Assembly: GCA_036172245.1 (NCBI GenBank)
Contig: JAYWIR010000006.1
Span: 186,001-250,000 of the forward strand
Source of the DNA: Raillietiella orientalis
Lineage: Eukaryota
Direction of reading: 5' to 3'
DNA: 64,000 nucleotides
The translations under genes and the position numbers were made by a program. Shown piece after piece: positions 51,001 to 63,300 of the stretch (position 1 is its first letter; every line of letters starts with the position of its first letter). The notes under the pieces are model-generated. The model ran no database searches. It saw only the letters and a list, made by a program, of their open reading frames with translations, and was not told the DNA's origin.

Positions 51001-54000
51001 TGAGTGAACGTTTTGCTTTCCAAGGACTGGAAGCAGAAAAATTTACGGACCGCACCCAGAAAGAATGCATTTCTCTATTCCTACGAAAGTGAAAGGATGG
51101 TCCTTCTCATCCTCAGAGATCACAGAGAGAGGCAAAGAAGACATTTTGCTTTTGCAGCGAATCCCCAGTGGCGTGTGGAACGAACTCAACACTGCCCATC
51201 CGTATCTTCGAAGAAGAATGGAGAAAGTATTCTCCACTGGCATGGGATCAGAGAAGAGGATCTCCTGCTCCTGACTATTTCAAGTGCCTTCTTCATATAG
51301 CTCTTGTTGAACTTCCTTTTTTGCTGAGAGTGGTAACTGCTACTTCTGCTGCTGCTTCTGCAACTGTCTTTTATCGTTTGAAAGCTCCCAGGCCTCTCAA
51401 GGAAGCAGGCACGCGTCGTGTTCAAGCACTCCGAGAGTCGAAAAGAAGGCAGTGAAGGCAGTAGCCCACAGCGGAGGCCATGACTGAGGACAAACGGCGT
51501 TCCCTCAGAGATTAGAAATGAGGGCGCGAGAAGGTCAGGAAAGAGGAGAAGCGTCCGAAGTCGAGTGGTCACATAAATCTATCCGGTGCCATTAAGAGCT
51601 GCTGCAGTTGCCAACTCAGACTCTCCTTTCCGTGTCCCTTTGGAATTATAAGAGTCTTCTCGAAACATTCAATAGGGAAAATGCGTTCCTGTACTTCTCG
51701 GTGCTTCTCGCAGAGCAGGAGACGCTTTGGTCTTCTGAAACGCATGCGTCTGCTGTTCCTAGTCGCTGTGCAGGAAGGGACTGCGCCGTCTATGTTTCAC
51801 ACCTTCAGTTTCCCTTTTTTTTTTCTTTTTTACATCTGCCTCCTTGTTCCCTGCAAAAATTTGAATTTCTTGCATTCCATCCCCGAAAGCAATTAGAAAA
51901 GAGGTGCGCGCAATCGAGAGTGCAACGTTGACCGACACTGGTTTATACAGCCGCATGGGTGTACACATCCACATCATGACATGGGTGCATAGCACACGCA
52001 GGTTTCAAGCACTGCTCAGTACGAGACCGTTTTTGGATATCCGCAGGAGAGCTCAGGGAGCACCAGGAAAGAGGTGAGGTGAGGAGGGCTGCAGGCAGAC
52101 AGTTTCCGGGGTCCTGCTGCTTCTCGTCTTTGGTCCACCATTCTAGCCAGACCGGATCTTCCTGCCGTGCAGGATTGGCGCACTGACGCTCGACAAAGTC
52201 ACTGACGCTTCTCTGGTCTCGGGCAGTTGCCGTTGCTAACGCGTGCTGGTTGACGATCATAACTTCCTAACTCTGTCCGAGCCCGTCCGCACCGCGCAGG
52301 ATGTGCCGTCTATTCTTTCCAGAAGGATCCACCGCTGAGCCGGACTCGCATTGATCAGGTTCCGCGTGCAGGCTGCTTTTTGGAAGTTCAGTGACGCACG
52401 AACCGGGGGCACGAGCTTGCACTTTGCTTCTGATAAGCTCTCAGACTCTGAGTCAGTACTTCTATCACGCACCGGTTCCCACCAGGCGGAGCCGCTGTTG
52501 TTCGTGTTCTCCCGTGAGGGGAAAGAGATCCCTTTTTCGAAAGGGCTGCAGTCTGCGAGCCGAATAAAAAAGTGCACCCCTTCGCCCCGCCTCGCTCCTC
52601 CCGGGCATCACTGGTTGCTCTCCGCTCGCGGATTCATTCCAGCGCTTGCTTCTGAAATGACCCTGCATCCTCATCTGGACGAGGTACGTTCCCTTTTGGT
52701 GTTGGGTTCTGCGTGCTGGACGGACAGTACCGCGGTGTGCTGGTGGAGTGCGTGCGGAGAGGGCTCGCGCCTGCTCGGTGTCTTCCTTTGAGTGTCGCGC
52801 ACACCGGAGGGAGCGAGCAGAGATCCGTTCGAAGCGCCACCGAGCTTCGCTCGCATCCGTCCCCAGAGAGCACCTTTCGTTCGCAGGGTCCCGTTCGCGG
52901 GGGCTTGGAAACGCGTCGGTCAAGAGATGGTGCACCTTCGCTCTTTGCGAACCGCGCCGATCACGCATCCAAGGAGTTCGGGAAGCCGCCAGACTTGTTC
53001 CTACCGGAAAGAGCGTCTTCGCGGTCTTGGGGAGCCTTCCAGATGTTTCAACACTCCAAGAGACCAAGGAGCACTGACGTTCTGAAACGGGGACCTCAAT
53101 TCACCTGCCCCGCTGGCGGACAAGGGACTGCAGCGAAAAAGCTCTTCCTCGCCCCTCAGCATGTTGACCACCGAAACAAACTGAAAGAGGATGCAGGAGT
53201 GAAAAAGTTTCTCGGGAAACTCAGGAAAAAGAAAAAAAAAGAGAGGAAAGCGGAGAGAACGTTCCGCTCCCCTGTTTGCTGATGACGGACTTTTCTTTTT
53301 CCGATCCAGTCGTTGTTTTCTCCACCCACCCATCTCGGATAGCCCGAACGTGCAATTCTTCGAATAGCTCTCGAAACGCAAATTGCACCTGTGAAACCCA
53401 CAGGTGCTGGGGTCAATAGTGGACAAATACGAGTCGGCAGAAATATTAGGGATTTGGGCTGTTTCCTCTTCAGAGCTTCACGACGCGTGCAGCACCTCCG
53501 TGGAGCACTGAGGCTCGACAAAGTCACTGACGCTTCTCTGGACCAATGCGAATAGTCCGATTCTCGGAGAAAGCCGCAGCGGCGCTTTCCCCAGAGACTG
53601 GGAGAAAGCTCGCAGCCACGGTCGCGGGGATTCAGGAAGAGGAAGGCCGCGCGAGACCGAGCACGAGGTGCTCTTCCGACGGTAGAGCTCTTCATCCCTG
53701 CTGATAGAGGTCGATACAGCGTCCAGAACCAGACGTGACGGCAGCTACCAAAGGCTCGTTCGAAACGTAGGAGAAATGCTATCAGCTCTAGTGAGCAAAG
53801 CGTATCAATCCTTCTGACCAACTCTACATTTGATCACCTGGGAAGAATACATCGGAATCAGACTTAGTCATCAACTTGGTCATCATCTTCAACGCTTTGA
53901 ACTTCAAGTCACAGGATGACTTTTTGATGACGTCGCCGTCAAGCTTTTAGTTTCGTCACCATTCCCCTACTTTCATTCTGTATCCCTTTTATCATTCCGC

Positions 54001-57000
54001 AGTGTTTGCTCCATTGACTCATACCGGCATCGTTCCGTACCGGATGAAGCCCCTTAACGACAGATTTCTCTGTCTCTTCCTTACTTCAGGATGCCTGTAC
54101 CAAAATTTCTGAAAGCGGAAGCAGAAGGCACACTTTTCGAGTTTCCACTCCCGCATCCTGTTCGAAGGGCGTCCCTCTTTCTTCTCAGACGTCCTGTTCT
54201 TCGAAGCCCTTCCGCGATACCCTCCGGTTCTCCAGAGGTCCGACTGGACCAGAGCCCCGTCGAAACCACTTTGCCTCATCGAACGCTCGTCGTCGTCGTC
54301 GGCTCGCATCCGGTCGCCCACGGCTGAAAGCGGCTCCGAGACCCGCGTCATCTCTCGCGCCGATCTCTGCCTCGATTCTTGAACTTCCTCGAAGACCAGT
54401 GGATGCGTGTCCTGGTCGTTCGAGCCGATGCTCGACGAACCCTGCTGGCTCCAGACTTTTCGGGTTTCCTAGCTGCTCCATGCGAGGTGGCCAAAGACTG
54501 CGAGGAAGCGGTTCAGGACGCTTTTAATTGGTGAGTTAAGGGCACTCCCACCAGCTTGTTCAGTGGATCTCCCGGTTTTCTCCCCGTGAATTCATCCTTG
54601 AAAAGCTCCGCATGCCAAAACGGTGGATTTCCTGGTCAGCCAATGAGCTTTGGGGGAACACAAAATGAACGGGAGAGGGAAAATGGCTTAGCAGCCGTGT
54701 GGCTGCGGCCGCCGCGCGTGGAACGGATCGTTGCGGGTTCGAATCCTGCCCAGGAAGGATCGATTCCGAGAAATAGAGTGCGTCGCGGGCTTCGAGTTCC
54801 TTTCCTTAAGATGGTGCTGGTTGGCTCATGGTCTTTGGGAATGGCACTGGTGAAAACCGGATGCCCCTGTTGACTGGCTGGGATTGGGAGTTGACCCTCC
54901 GGGGTCCTTCTAGGAATCAGGGAGTCGGTTCCTTTCTAGGCTCCTCCCTCTCCAGTTGTGAAAGTGAAGCTGTACTAAGGAGCAGATGGATCTGAGGGGC
55001 AACCCCTTGGGGGGTTGTCCCTCAGAGAAACTTGGGAGCATCGCTTCGAGTTCTCTTCAGAGGAGTAAACAAGGAGCGGTTCCTTCCCGGATTTCCTACG
55101 GAGATGAAATGAGGAACAGATCCCTTTGGGGCTCCCTTGGGTGACAACCAGGGCGAAGGTTCTCTTCGAGGTCCCCTACCAAGCGTAAGAAGAACGGACT
55201 CTCCTTCCTAATTCGCAGCGTGGTCCCTCCGGGGTCGCCCCCTAACTTGAAGAGCTCCTATGCTTACCATCGGGTGGCATGCACGGTGTTTAAAGAGCCT
55301 CCTCGACCCCTCATAAGGACGCGAGCGGTTCTTCAGCACTTTGCGAACCAAAAAAAAAAAAAGAAAAGCTGCGAGGAAAGGATCGCAAGGGATGTCCACC
55401 GTCCTGGGCTAATGAAGAATCGGTTTCTTTCCTAAAATGAACCTCTTTGGGTGAAGAAATCTTACAGGACTCCAATCTCTTGTAGGAACATTAGAGGAAG
55501 ACCCCACCGGTTCGTGATGATCCCGCCCGCGGGAGGAAGGGGAGGATGGAGCGAAAGCGCTCGAGTTCTCTCTCCGCAGCAAGAGCTGTCTTCCCTGAAG
55601 GATCCGGTAGAATTAGACCAAGGTGCCCCCTCGAATAAGCCGCTGATGCATTTCTGTTTCTTGTGCATGCACTTGCCATTTTTCGCGGGTCTGACTGTTC
55701 ACGGAAGCGGTAGGCTTGGCTTCTTTTCCTTCGAAGAACCAACGTGCTTGATCCTCAGATTTCTGCGCCCTCAAGGCTGGTCACGTTTGCTCTGGTTCTC
55801 ATTTTCAGCATCAGCCACAGCCCGAGTTCAGTTTTGCATGCCTTCAGCTGGCGCCTTTCGTCCGCCACTCCCACAGGTTGACCGCTCCTCAGCACGTGAT
55901 CGAGGCGTTCCGTGGCAGATCCGAGCTCTCATCGCGCGGATGAGCCGAATTTCGCTCGCGTTCGCCTTGCTTGCTTCTAGCACGTTGATACACGAAGCTG
56001 GGAAGAAGATGACCCGTTGGATTCCTCGGAGCGCCGCGGCGCGCTGGATGTTTCGCTCTTCCTGGAAGCAGTTCGCCTTTGCGGCATCTCAGAAAGGGTC
56101 AGCCCAAACTCTCTAGGGATGTTTCCGCCGTTCGTTGACTCCATCAGCCGGATGCTGGTTTGGTTCCGCGTAGAGTGTTGTCTAAGAAAGAATCAACGCC
56201 TGAGAACCCGGATCTCCTAGAGATTTCGCTCCCTCCCTTCGTTGAGGTGAATGCCACTTGTGAGATGAATATGGCTCTCTGAACTTCGGCGTCTTAGGGC
56301 TAGGGGGGCGCACCTCTTGTAAGAAGGGACCCAGACTGATATCTCAGTCACATTTTTGTGATCCCTGGATGATGTCGTGTTTGGCGATTTTTTTCTCTGA
56401 CAGATTAGAGGGTTCCTTTCTGGGGTACAGTCCAAAGCAGAGTGTCTCCTTTGGGAAAAATGAAATTTTTCTCTCCACGAATGAGGTCGAAACCGTTTCC
56501 AGGGAACGTAAGGACTGGCAGCGCTGCGGAGTTGTATTTCTTCTTAGGGAAGGAGGCGGAGGGTCGATTGGCTATGGAACCTTGGTTCAGGAAATTTCGG
56601 TGCGGGGGGATCATTCGTGCCGCTGTTTGCTGATCAGCTGGAACAATTCCTCACGTGCTTGTAGTCCGAGTTCATCCTTCGCCTACTATCTTGGTATCAT
56701 CTCCTGAATTTGATTCTGGGATGTCTCTCTTCCATCTCCACAAGAAAGGACAAGTGCCAAGAGTCGGGTTCAAGAGAATCGCTCAGTCTGGATGAATAGG
56801 ACAAGTGACTCTTGGGCGTTCCTCTCGTCAGTCAGCATGACATCACTTTTGATTTTTTTTTTTTTTCCCTCCAACATCGTCGCAGGCTCCCTTTGCAAAA
56901 GAATAATATTCCTAGATCACTGTTTTTCCCTTTCATTTCAGTGATGAAGGCTGAGAAATGTAATTTTTCCATTGAGTGCCCAACAAACGCCGAGTGCTCG

Positions 57001-57386
57001 GACGGATTTTGCGCCTGCAAGAGAGGAAGTTTCCTCATTGGTGACATATGCTTCGACAATCTGAGTGATATCGATTACGCCATTGCAAGTTGGGTGGCCA
57101 TCGGAGTAGCTCTTTTGCTCCTACTCGTTCTCGTGTTTACAGTCATGTGGAATCTGTGTCCGTGAGTATATAGTGCATTTTCCCATTCCCTTGCTTACTT
57201 CGCCGAAGAATTTACAGGAGAGGAGAGCGAACGAATATTCCTTACAGAGAAAACGAGAACTTCGTGTCTGCCTGCATTCGACCAGAGAGTCCTCCCAAAT
57301 ATGAAGAGATCTTCTGCCCTGGACGAGAACAAACAAAGCCACCTCCATCTTACGAACTCGCTGTGCTTGAAGTTCCACACATAGTG
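36057..57386 (+). CDS. Single-pass membrane protein with Cys-rich EB-like modules and cytoplasmic PPxY motifs; 3' end uncertain
   Basis: Exons 36057-36306 (hydrophobic N-terminus, GTAAGT donor), 38156-38260 (CKTDADC…C…C), 42747-42887 (CESDVQC…C..ICLCPRG…C), 56942-57161 (C…ECPTNAECSDGFCACKRG…C plus TM helix) and 57248-57386 (PPKY, PPSY). Phases are compatible (1/1/1/2). The end is either read-through to the stop at 57461 or a further exon at 57679-57828. Confidence 0.75.
39278..39349 (+). ncRNA. U4 snRNA-like 5' domain, copy B (variant or pseudogene; no Sm site)
   Basis: AACCTTGCTCACGGGCAGTATC…GCCGCTGA…GAGGTGAGATTATTGCTAGTTGAAAACTT is colinear with about the first 70 nt of metazoan U4. It shares an identical 22-mer with copy A. 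Confidence 0.8.
39880..40425 (-). mobile_element. Gypsy-like RNase H remnant, copy 1
   Basis: HPLVFEEVREPRQRSARANDAGLGAAFSR has the spacing of PVLAFPDFSKPFILHTDASDxGLGAVLSQ. Downstream RSRRWG…NVVSAAMHSR resembles RLxRW…NVVADALSR. Confidence 0.55.
40950..41650 (-). mobile_element. Possible decayed LINE reverse-transcriptase fragment
   Basis: LFFQLSYTTRAL…VPIKCT and QMSKA weakly resemble LFNxSLxxGxVP, YRPISLT and DFSKAFD in order. Confidence 0.25.
49835..50607 (+). mobile_element. tRNA-headed SINE-like element, copy 1
   Basis: B-box GGTTCGAATAC at 49907; colinear similarity to 54671-55367; terminal GGTTC…GAACC hairpin followed by an A-rich tail. Confidence 0.7.
50631..50696. repeat. Imperfect inverted repeat / hairpin
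   Basis: CAGTAGAGA-ACCCCA-GAGGA … TCCTC-GTGGGG-TCTCTACTG. Confidence 0.7.
50750..51260 (+). mobile_element. CR1-like LINE 3' remnant
   Basis: VRARNSILNFAILHLSP (~VRPxLEYAxxVWSP), FSRRVP, and KGWSF…QRIPSGVWNEL (~RGHS…QRVVNVWNxL). Confidence 0.4.
51950..52950 (-). mobile_element. Gypsy-like RNase H remnant
   Basis: LGTDASEARW, then ASPAQRWILL…VRTG, then ALATATARDQ, in the expected pol order. Confidence 0.45.
54099..54491 (-). repeat. Direct repeat of about 40043-40425 (Gypsy RNase H-derived), copy 2
   Basis: Near-identical core (GAGGTCCGACTGGACCAG…CTTCCTCGAAGACCAGTGGATGCG); the peptide DAGLGAAFSRGRPDASRRRRRAxDEAKWFRRG appears in both copies. Confidence 0.9.
54671..55367 (+). mobile_element. 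tRNA-headed SINE-like element, copy 2
   Basis: A-box-like TGGCTTAGCAG near 54684 and B-box GGTTCGAATCC at 54736; body colinear with copy 1; GGTTC…GAACC hairpin followed by poly(A). Confidence 0.75.
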
Positions 57387-60300
57387 GTAAGAGTGGTTTC
57401 GAAGACCAACCCCCATTTGTGGTGGCTTTCATTCTTGGGTTCTTTCGTGAGTAAGGTCTGAGAAACGAGGAAACATTCTGTGCCATTCCTTTCGTGATCT
57501 GCTTGATCCCTTCATCCTTAACATTTCACCCGTATGGACTAGACTAATGAGGAGCCAAAGAATAGGTTCTTTAGCTTAAGATGCCTACACGGTTCTTCAA
57601 GCACTGGCATGTCATGTGTTCGAGAAGATTTTTTATTTTTTTTTAGTTCCTGTGGTTTTTATTCTTCTTCCTCTTCAGTATGTCTCATCGCGTGTTCTTT
57701 TACATAAGCAAAGTTCGTCATCTTCGCTCAGCAAAGCATCCAGATTCAGAAACCGAAATTCCAGCTTCCTCTTTTTCCTCTTTTGTGTTCGCTGCATTCG
57801 CACTTCTGCAGTACTTATGACGTCTTAGCAGTTTGTCGGCTCGGTAAACGCCGACCAGAAAGGGCTTTCGCGCTGAAGCTGCGAATAGGTAACTCTTGGA
57901 TAATTGAGCATGAAAGGTTGGCTGCTACCATGGTAACGGGGAATTCATTCGTCACTGCTTGCCAAATGTCGATAAGGAGAGAAAATAGCTGGGTGTGTTT
58001 TCCTTTTTTTTTTTTTTTCCTACTAAGGATCCGAAGCTTGTTATCAACCTTCAAGAAAACATTGCGAAACAATTCCAGAATTATGGCAGCAGCACCAAAA
58101 AAAGACATGTTCCTCCGTGTGGACGCATCTGGGAAATCGTTCGGAATTCGTCCGAGGGTTTCCCTGCAGGAAGGGTGGCAGGGGGCGTCGTTTGGGGGAG
58201 CAGCCAAACACGAGTCGTGGATGGTGGACCGAGGCGTGCACACTTCGAATAACGCCCCCGTGTTGCGTTATAGGTCGCAGACTCAAGCGAATGAGGCGGC
58301 TGCGAACCAAGAGCAACTGTCCTTGGAATGTTTACTCCTCATTCACGGGAGGGAGGGTAAAGTGTCAATCCAAGAGCAGCGAGTAGATAGGAAGCGAATG
58401 CCCGCAAATAGGTTATCAGTGAGTCTGCACTTGCGGTAGCACTTCAAGGCCCTCCTCCGACGGCTGCTTCCACAAATCGTTCACGCTCAAGAACTCTCTT
58501 TCTCCTTTTTTTTCCTTTTCTTTCTCTTCCGAGGAACACGGGACCTTCTGAAACCTTCGCCGAAATCAGCTGTTGTTACGCGGAGTCAGCGCAGGATTCC
58601 GCGCGCAATCTTTGCGCCCAGTTCGCCGAGTGGAGGAGAGACGACTCGGGAAAGCAGCACGCAGCGTGCAGTACCGACAGGAAGAGGCTTGCATTCCCCT
58701 TTCTGTTGCCACCAGGGAATTCGTGCGCGCGCGCGCGCGTCTTTTTTTTTTTTTTTTTGGTCCTTTTCACGGCGGGAAAAACACCGTCCATACTGGAGAT
58801 CTTCCCCAGCAGGGCTATTCATCTGAAAGCAAGACCCTGTTTCTGCAGCGATTCCAGCTCCGTCGCAGCGCAGCAACGGTTCCTGTTCGGGGTGCACTAC
58901 CAAATACCTGTTGAGTGTTTCGGGTTGCGCTGCTCGGGTTCCCGCCCAACTCTTGTGTTCCCCTCGGCCAATTACTCGTGAGGATCGTTGAATCATCAGG
59001 CGCTATTGCAGCACATACCTTTTCGTACGTCTTCGTGCTCGCTGGCCGCGCATCCCGCATTTCGAGAGGAATAGCTGCTTGCTGCCCTGGAGTCCCCTCG
59101 CACCTCTGCTGAGACTGGAAAAGGAGCAGTGAAAGCACAGGAGGAGGAGGAGCTCAAGAGAGGCTTTTCCATGCTGGCGTCTACGGAAAGAGGCACCTCG
59201 CCGCGTGTGGAACGAGAAAGACGCTTCGCTTAAGAGACGGATTTTTCTGATTCTGGACAGCAAGAGAAGGTTGCTGATCGAGGTCAAATCAAGGCGGCGA
59301 AGTTGGGAGCCGATCAAAACTTAGGGGGATTCCGAAAAGGGGGAACACGATTTGAAAAAAAAAAAAAAGAAAAAGGGAATGGATTCAAAGAGGGACTGGA
59401 TAGCACAGCGAGTGTGGTACAACTCCCAAGATCTATCCTGAGAGCTCTAGGCATTCGCATCTGCCTTGAGGAAAGGCGAAAAGCGACACCGCCCCCATCC
59501 GCCCAAGGGAGAAATTTCAAAATTCGGTTGTTGCCAGAGAAAGAGAGAGAGAGAGATGCAGATGGCCGTCAGATGTTCAGCTTTGCACTGAGGCTGCCGG
59601 ATAGCTTAGTACATGGGAGGTCAGTCATGGTTCAGCCAGTCTTCAGAAGAGAATCCAGAAGGTCACTAAGAAGAGGAAGCCATCGCCACAGTCTCGAAAC
59701 ACGAGGGGATCGCATCTTCCGTATGGGCCTTCCTCGTTCAGGGGGAAGGGGAGGTCGAGGCACCAAAGACACGAGCTCTTGCACGGGGATCACGTTCTTT
59801 CCCGGATCTCGTCGTCCTGTCACGTGCTTCTTTCCTTTCATCCCTTCCCATGCTGCAGCGGGGGGGAAAGGGGGGAGCAAAGCGAACTTCGAGGAGGCTT
59901 TGCAGCGTCTGGAATTCCGTCCTCATTTGGGAAGTTTGCTCCGGAAATGAGCATGCTGTGTCCGTCTCATCTTCCAAGTCGTTGCTTCGGAGGAGCCCAG
60001 AGCTCATCCTCGTTCGCGGGCAGGTCGACGGGCACTGCACCGCACGCTTGCGTCCTGCGAGGAAATCGCAGTCCTCTGCATACGAAGTAGAGAGAGAGAG
60101 AGAGGGCTGGGGGTGGGACAGATTGCTGCCAGCCCGATCGAGGACGTCGTGCATTTTCCGCGCCCCCGCAGCAGCGGCTGCAGGAGCGGGCACATCGAGG
60201 AGCAGCTTCCAAGCCTGAGGCACTCTGAACGGAGGGTCGAAGCTGTTCCCGGTCTGCGCGAACCCACGGGACTTTCCACACGCCAGGTCTGGGGTGCGCT

Positions 60301-63300
60301 CTCGCGTTTCCGCGTCGAAGAAATGCGGCCGGAAGTCGCGAGGACGCGTGGTTGCGCAAGCGCGGCCCATCCTCCGCGTCCGACTTTTTTTTCTCTCCCC
60401 CCCCTCCTCGTTCTCTCTCCCTCTGACAACGATCCTGCCGCCGGAGGTGAGGGAAAACCGCGCGAACGGGAAGGGACGCTGGAGGAGGCCAGTGGCGGCT
60501 GCTCTGGACGAGCACCGGGCAGACGAAAAAGGGAAGGAACCCGAAGGAGAGGGCAGGCTGCCGTCTGCAGTGGCTGCGCTCGCCAGGCGCCAACCCTCAC
60601 CTTCAAGGTGGCCGCCAACGTCGAGGAAGGTGCCTTTGCCACGGCTCACTTCCTCTCCTGCGCAGCGAAGAGGGTTGCGTGGTTCGCATCCAGTCGCGGA
60701 GGAAGCCGAACGAGCGCTGCCTTGGCAAGGATACGCTCGTTTGCAAAGAGTAACTGAAGTCGAGACGAGGAGTTTCAAGACAACGTAATCCCCTCTGGGG
60801 GACGATAGCAGGCGTTCTTTTTAAAATAAACAATTAAATAAAGTAAATAAGCAGCCAAATCCCATCCTGTTTTATAACTTTGAGACCAACCACTCGCCCT
60901 CTTCGCAATATGCACAGAGAACACGGAAATCACGTGTGCGAGTGACGCTCACGAAAGCGACGCGCGCCTACAGCGCCGTGCCCGTTACGCGCTGTTTAGC
61001 AGTGAGCGTTTCTTCTGATTGCTGTCTTTGATGACCTACGTAAAGTTGGGGAGGTTTTCCGGGTCACTTAGGAAATCCCCCCAGGTCCGCTGTCTAGCCT
61101 CGTCCCGTCCTTGCTCTCAGGGGGGTGTACCCACCGCGTCTCCCTCGTCCTCGCCATGGAGTGCGGAAGGGGCATCATCGGCCATCGGAGCCAGCCTCCC
61201 TGTAGACCAGATGGCCGGTTCCCCGCAGCTGCCGAGGGTGCGCTCCGCTTGGGAGGCGCCTTCGAGGAGGGAGGGTCGGATCCGGACCGGGTCATGCGCG
61301 ACTTGCGCGCTCCCGCTGCCCGTTGCTCCACGCACCTTGAGACAAGCGGACGGAAGAGCTCGCTCCCGTCGCCACGGACCCTCCGAGTCTCAGGGATGCA
61401 ATAGGGAGCTGCTGAGTCGCTGCGCCAACCGAAGCAGGTAGGGTTGCCACGTCCCGGGCGTTCCGGTCTTTCCCGTCCGTCCGGCTGGCGATGACTTGGA
61501 CGGCCAGAGATGCCTAAGACCTGGGGAGCTGCACCCTGCGGCGTGAGGTCCCTCGAGCCTGCAAGCGCTTTCGTCTGACCTCTGCTGTGGCTTAAAACTT
61601 GAAGAAGCGAGGCGCGTGCCCGTTCGAGTAGTCGAGGGCGACCCGAGAGTCGTCCGGGAGACCGATTCTGGATGGGGGAAACCCCAGCGCTCGTGGGTTC
61701 GATTCGTCCCCCTCTCTCCTGAAAAAAAGTAGCCGCAGGTCACGAATCCCGCCATGCCAGCACACCCACGAGCTGAAATGCGGTCTCGGGGGACTTGCAG
61801 AAGCAGGGACATCTTCTCCGGGAGCGCGCGCGCCTTCAAGGAAGAACCGAACGCAGTGCTGGGGTCCGGAACTCCCTCCCTCCATCGGCTGATACTGTCA
61901 GCCAAGTCGCCGTAATCGGACAAGGCTGCACCAGAAGTGGTTCTGCGGTGCCGCCGCAGGCGAATGCGCTTTCGGAGCTGCTGCTTCTCGGTCCGCCCTG
62001 GCACTCATTCGACCTGAGAAGTCGCCCAGGTGACTCGTGACGAACGCGCTTTGTGCGCCTCTCTCATACTCCGGGAAAAGAGTGGGCGAGATAGTGGGAG
62101 AGCGGAGGGAGGGAAATCTAGAAGCAGGGAGGAACAAGGAGAAGAGGAAGAAATCGGGAGGCAAAAAACCAGAAGGATAAGCAGAGAAGGATGAAAAGGG
62201 CGGGGCGAGGTGAGTTCCCGTGACACCACTCTGGGAAGCAGACGAGGAAGGCATTGGTCAGATCGGTAGGTCGCCGACGAGGCTCCTCAGCGACTCCAGG
62301 GAAGGGGCAGCCGTTCCCGGGTAGACGAGCGAGACGGAACAGCAGTGGATGCAGGAAGACGAGGAGGGAAGCGTGACGAAAGGGCGGTCTGTGCCTTCCT
62401 CGTCTGGGGAACGTGCCCTTAAATGGTTTCCGTCCCGAAACCTCGGCGAAGGGAGATTGTCCCGAGATCGGGGGGAAGGGAAGGAAAGCTCAATGAAGGG
62501 AGGAGAGAGAAAAGTCCCGGGAAGCCCTGCTCCCTGGATCAGCCATCGCAACCCGACTCCTCGTCTTCCTCTCATTCTTCTTTCCCCTTTCGCCTCCTCC
62601 TCCTCTTCATAAAAGTCTTCCTGAAAACGGGAATTGGGGGAAGAGGAAGAGGATTTGATCCTAGTCCATCTTCTCGCATCTCGGAAAGGAGACCACGGAG
62701 GAGATCTGCGGGGAAAGGTCGCGCCTTGGAGATGACTGACCGCCGAGACTGTGGCCGTCTTCGGTCATGCGGGGGTCTACGGAGACGGATCCCTCCCTCG
62801 TGAGACGAAGCGTTTCTCGCCGTCCCTAGTGAAGAGGGAGGGACACGAAGGGCGTGCTGATGCGAACTCTTGTTCGCCGCTGACCGGCTGGGGGAAGAGG
62901 GGGGGTGAACCTCCTCCGGAGACCCAGGATCTTCTTCCTTGCTCTGCAGGGAAGAGCATGCCCTCCTTCCCCCATTGGCGTTGGGTAGCAGGAGAAGTAA
63001 GGGGGTGATTTTCAGCTGTCGTCGTTAGAGTGTGCTGCTACTCCTTGCATGCCCCCAGGGCAGCTCCTGACGCTTCTCTTAATTCCAGGCGCCTCTGATG
63101 CGGAGGACCAACCCGCAGGACGGAGTCGTCAACGCAGCCTTCCAGGGAGGCAACATCTGAAGCGGGACGCCCTTGCAGAGGAACAAGAGCTCTCTTCCAG
63201 CCCCTCGTTGCCATGGAAACGGTTCTGAGGCGGCCGGTCCCCGCCACCGAAGAAGATCCGGCAGATTCGCCTAATAAAGGAAAAAGGCCACTGGTGCCAC

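Noticed and set aside
61620..61712. tRNA-like GGTTCGATTC with an upstream GGGG-AAA-CCCC arm
   Set aside because: No cloverleaf, acceptor stem or convincing A-box; at most a decayed SINE head.
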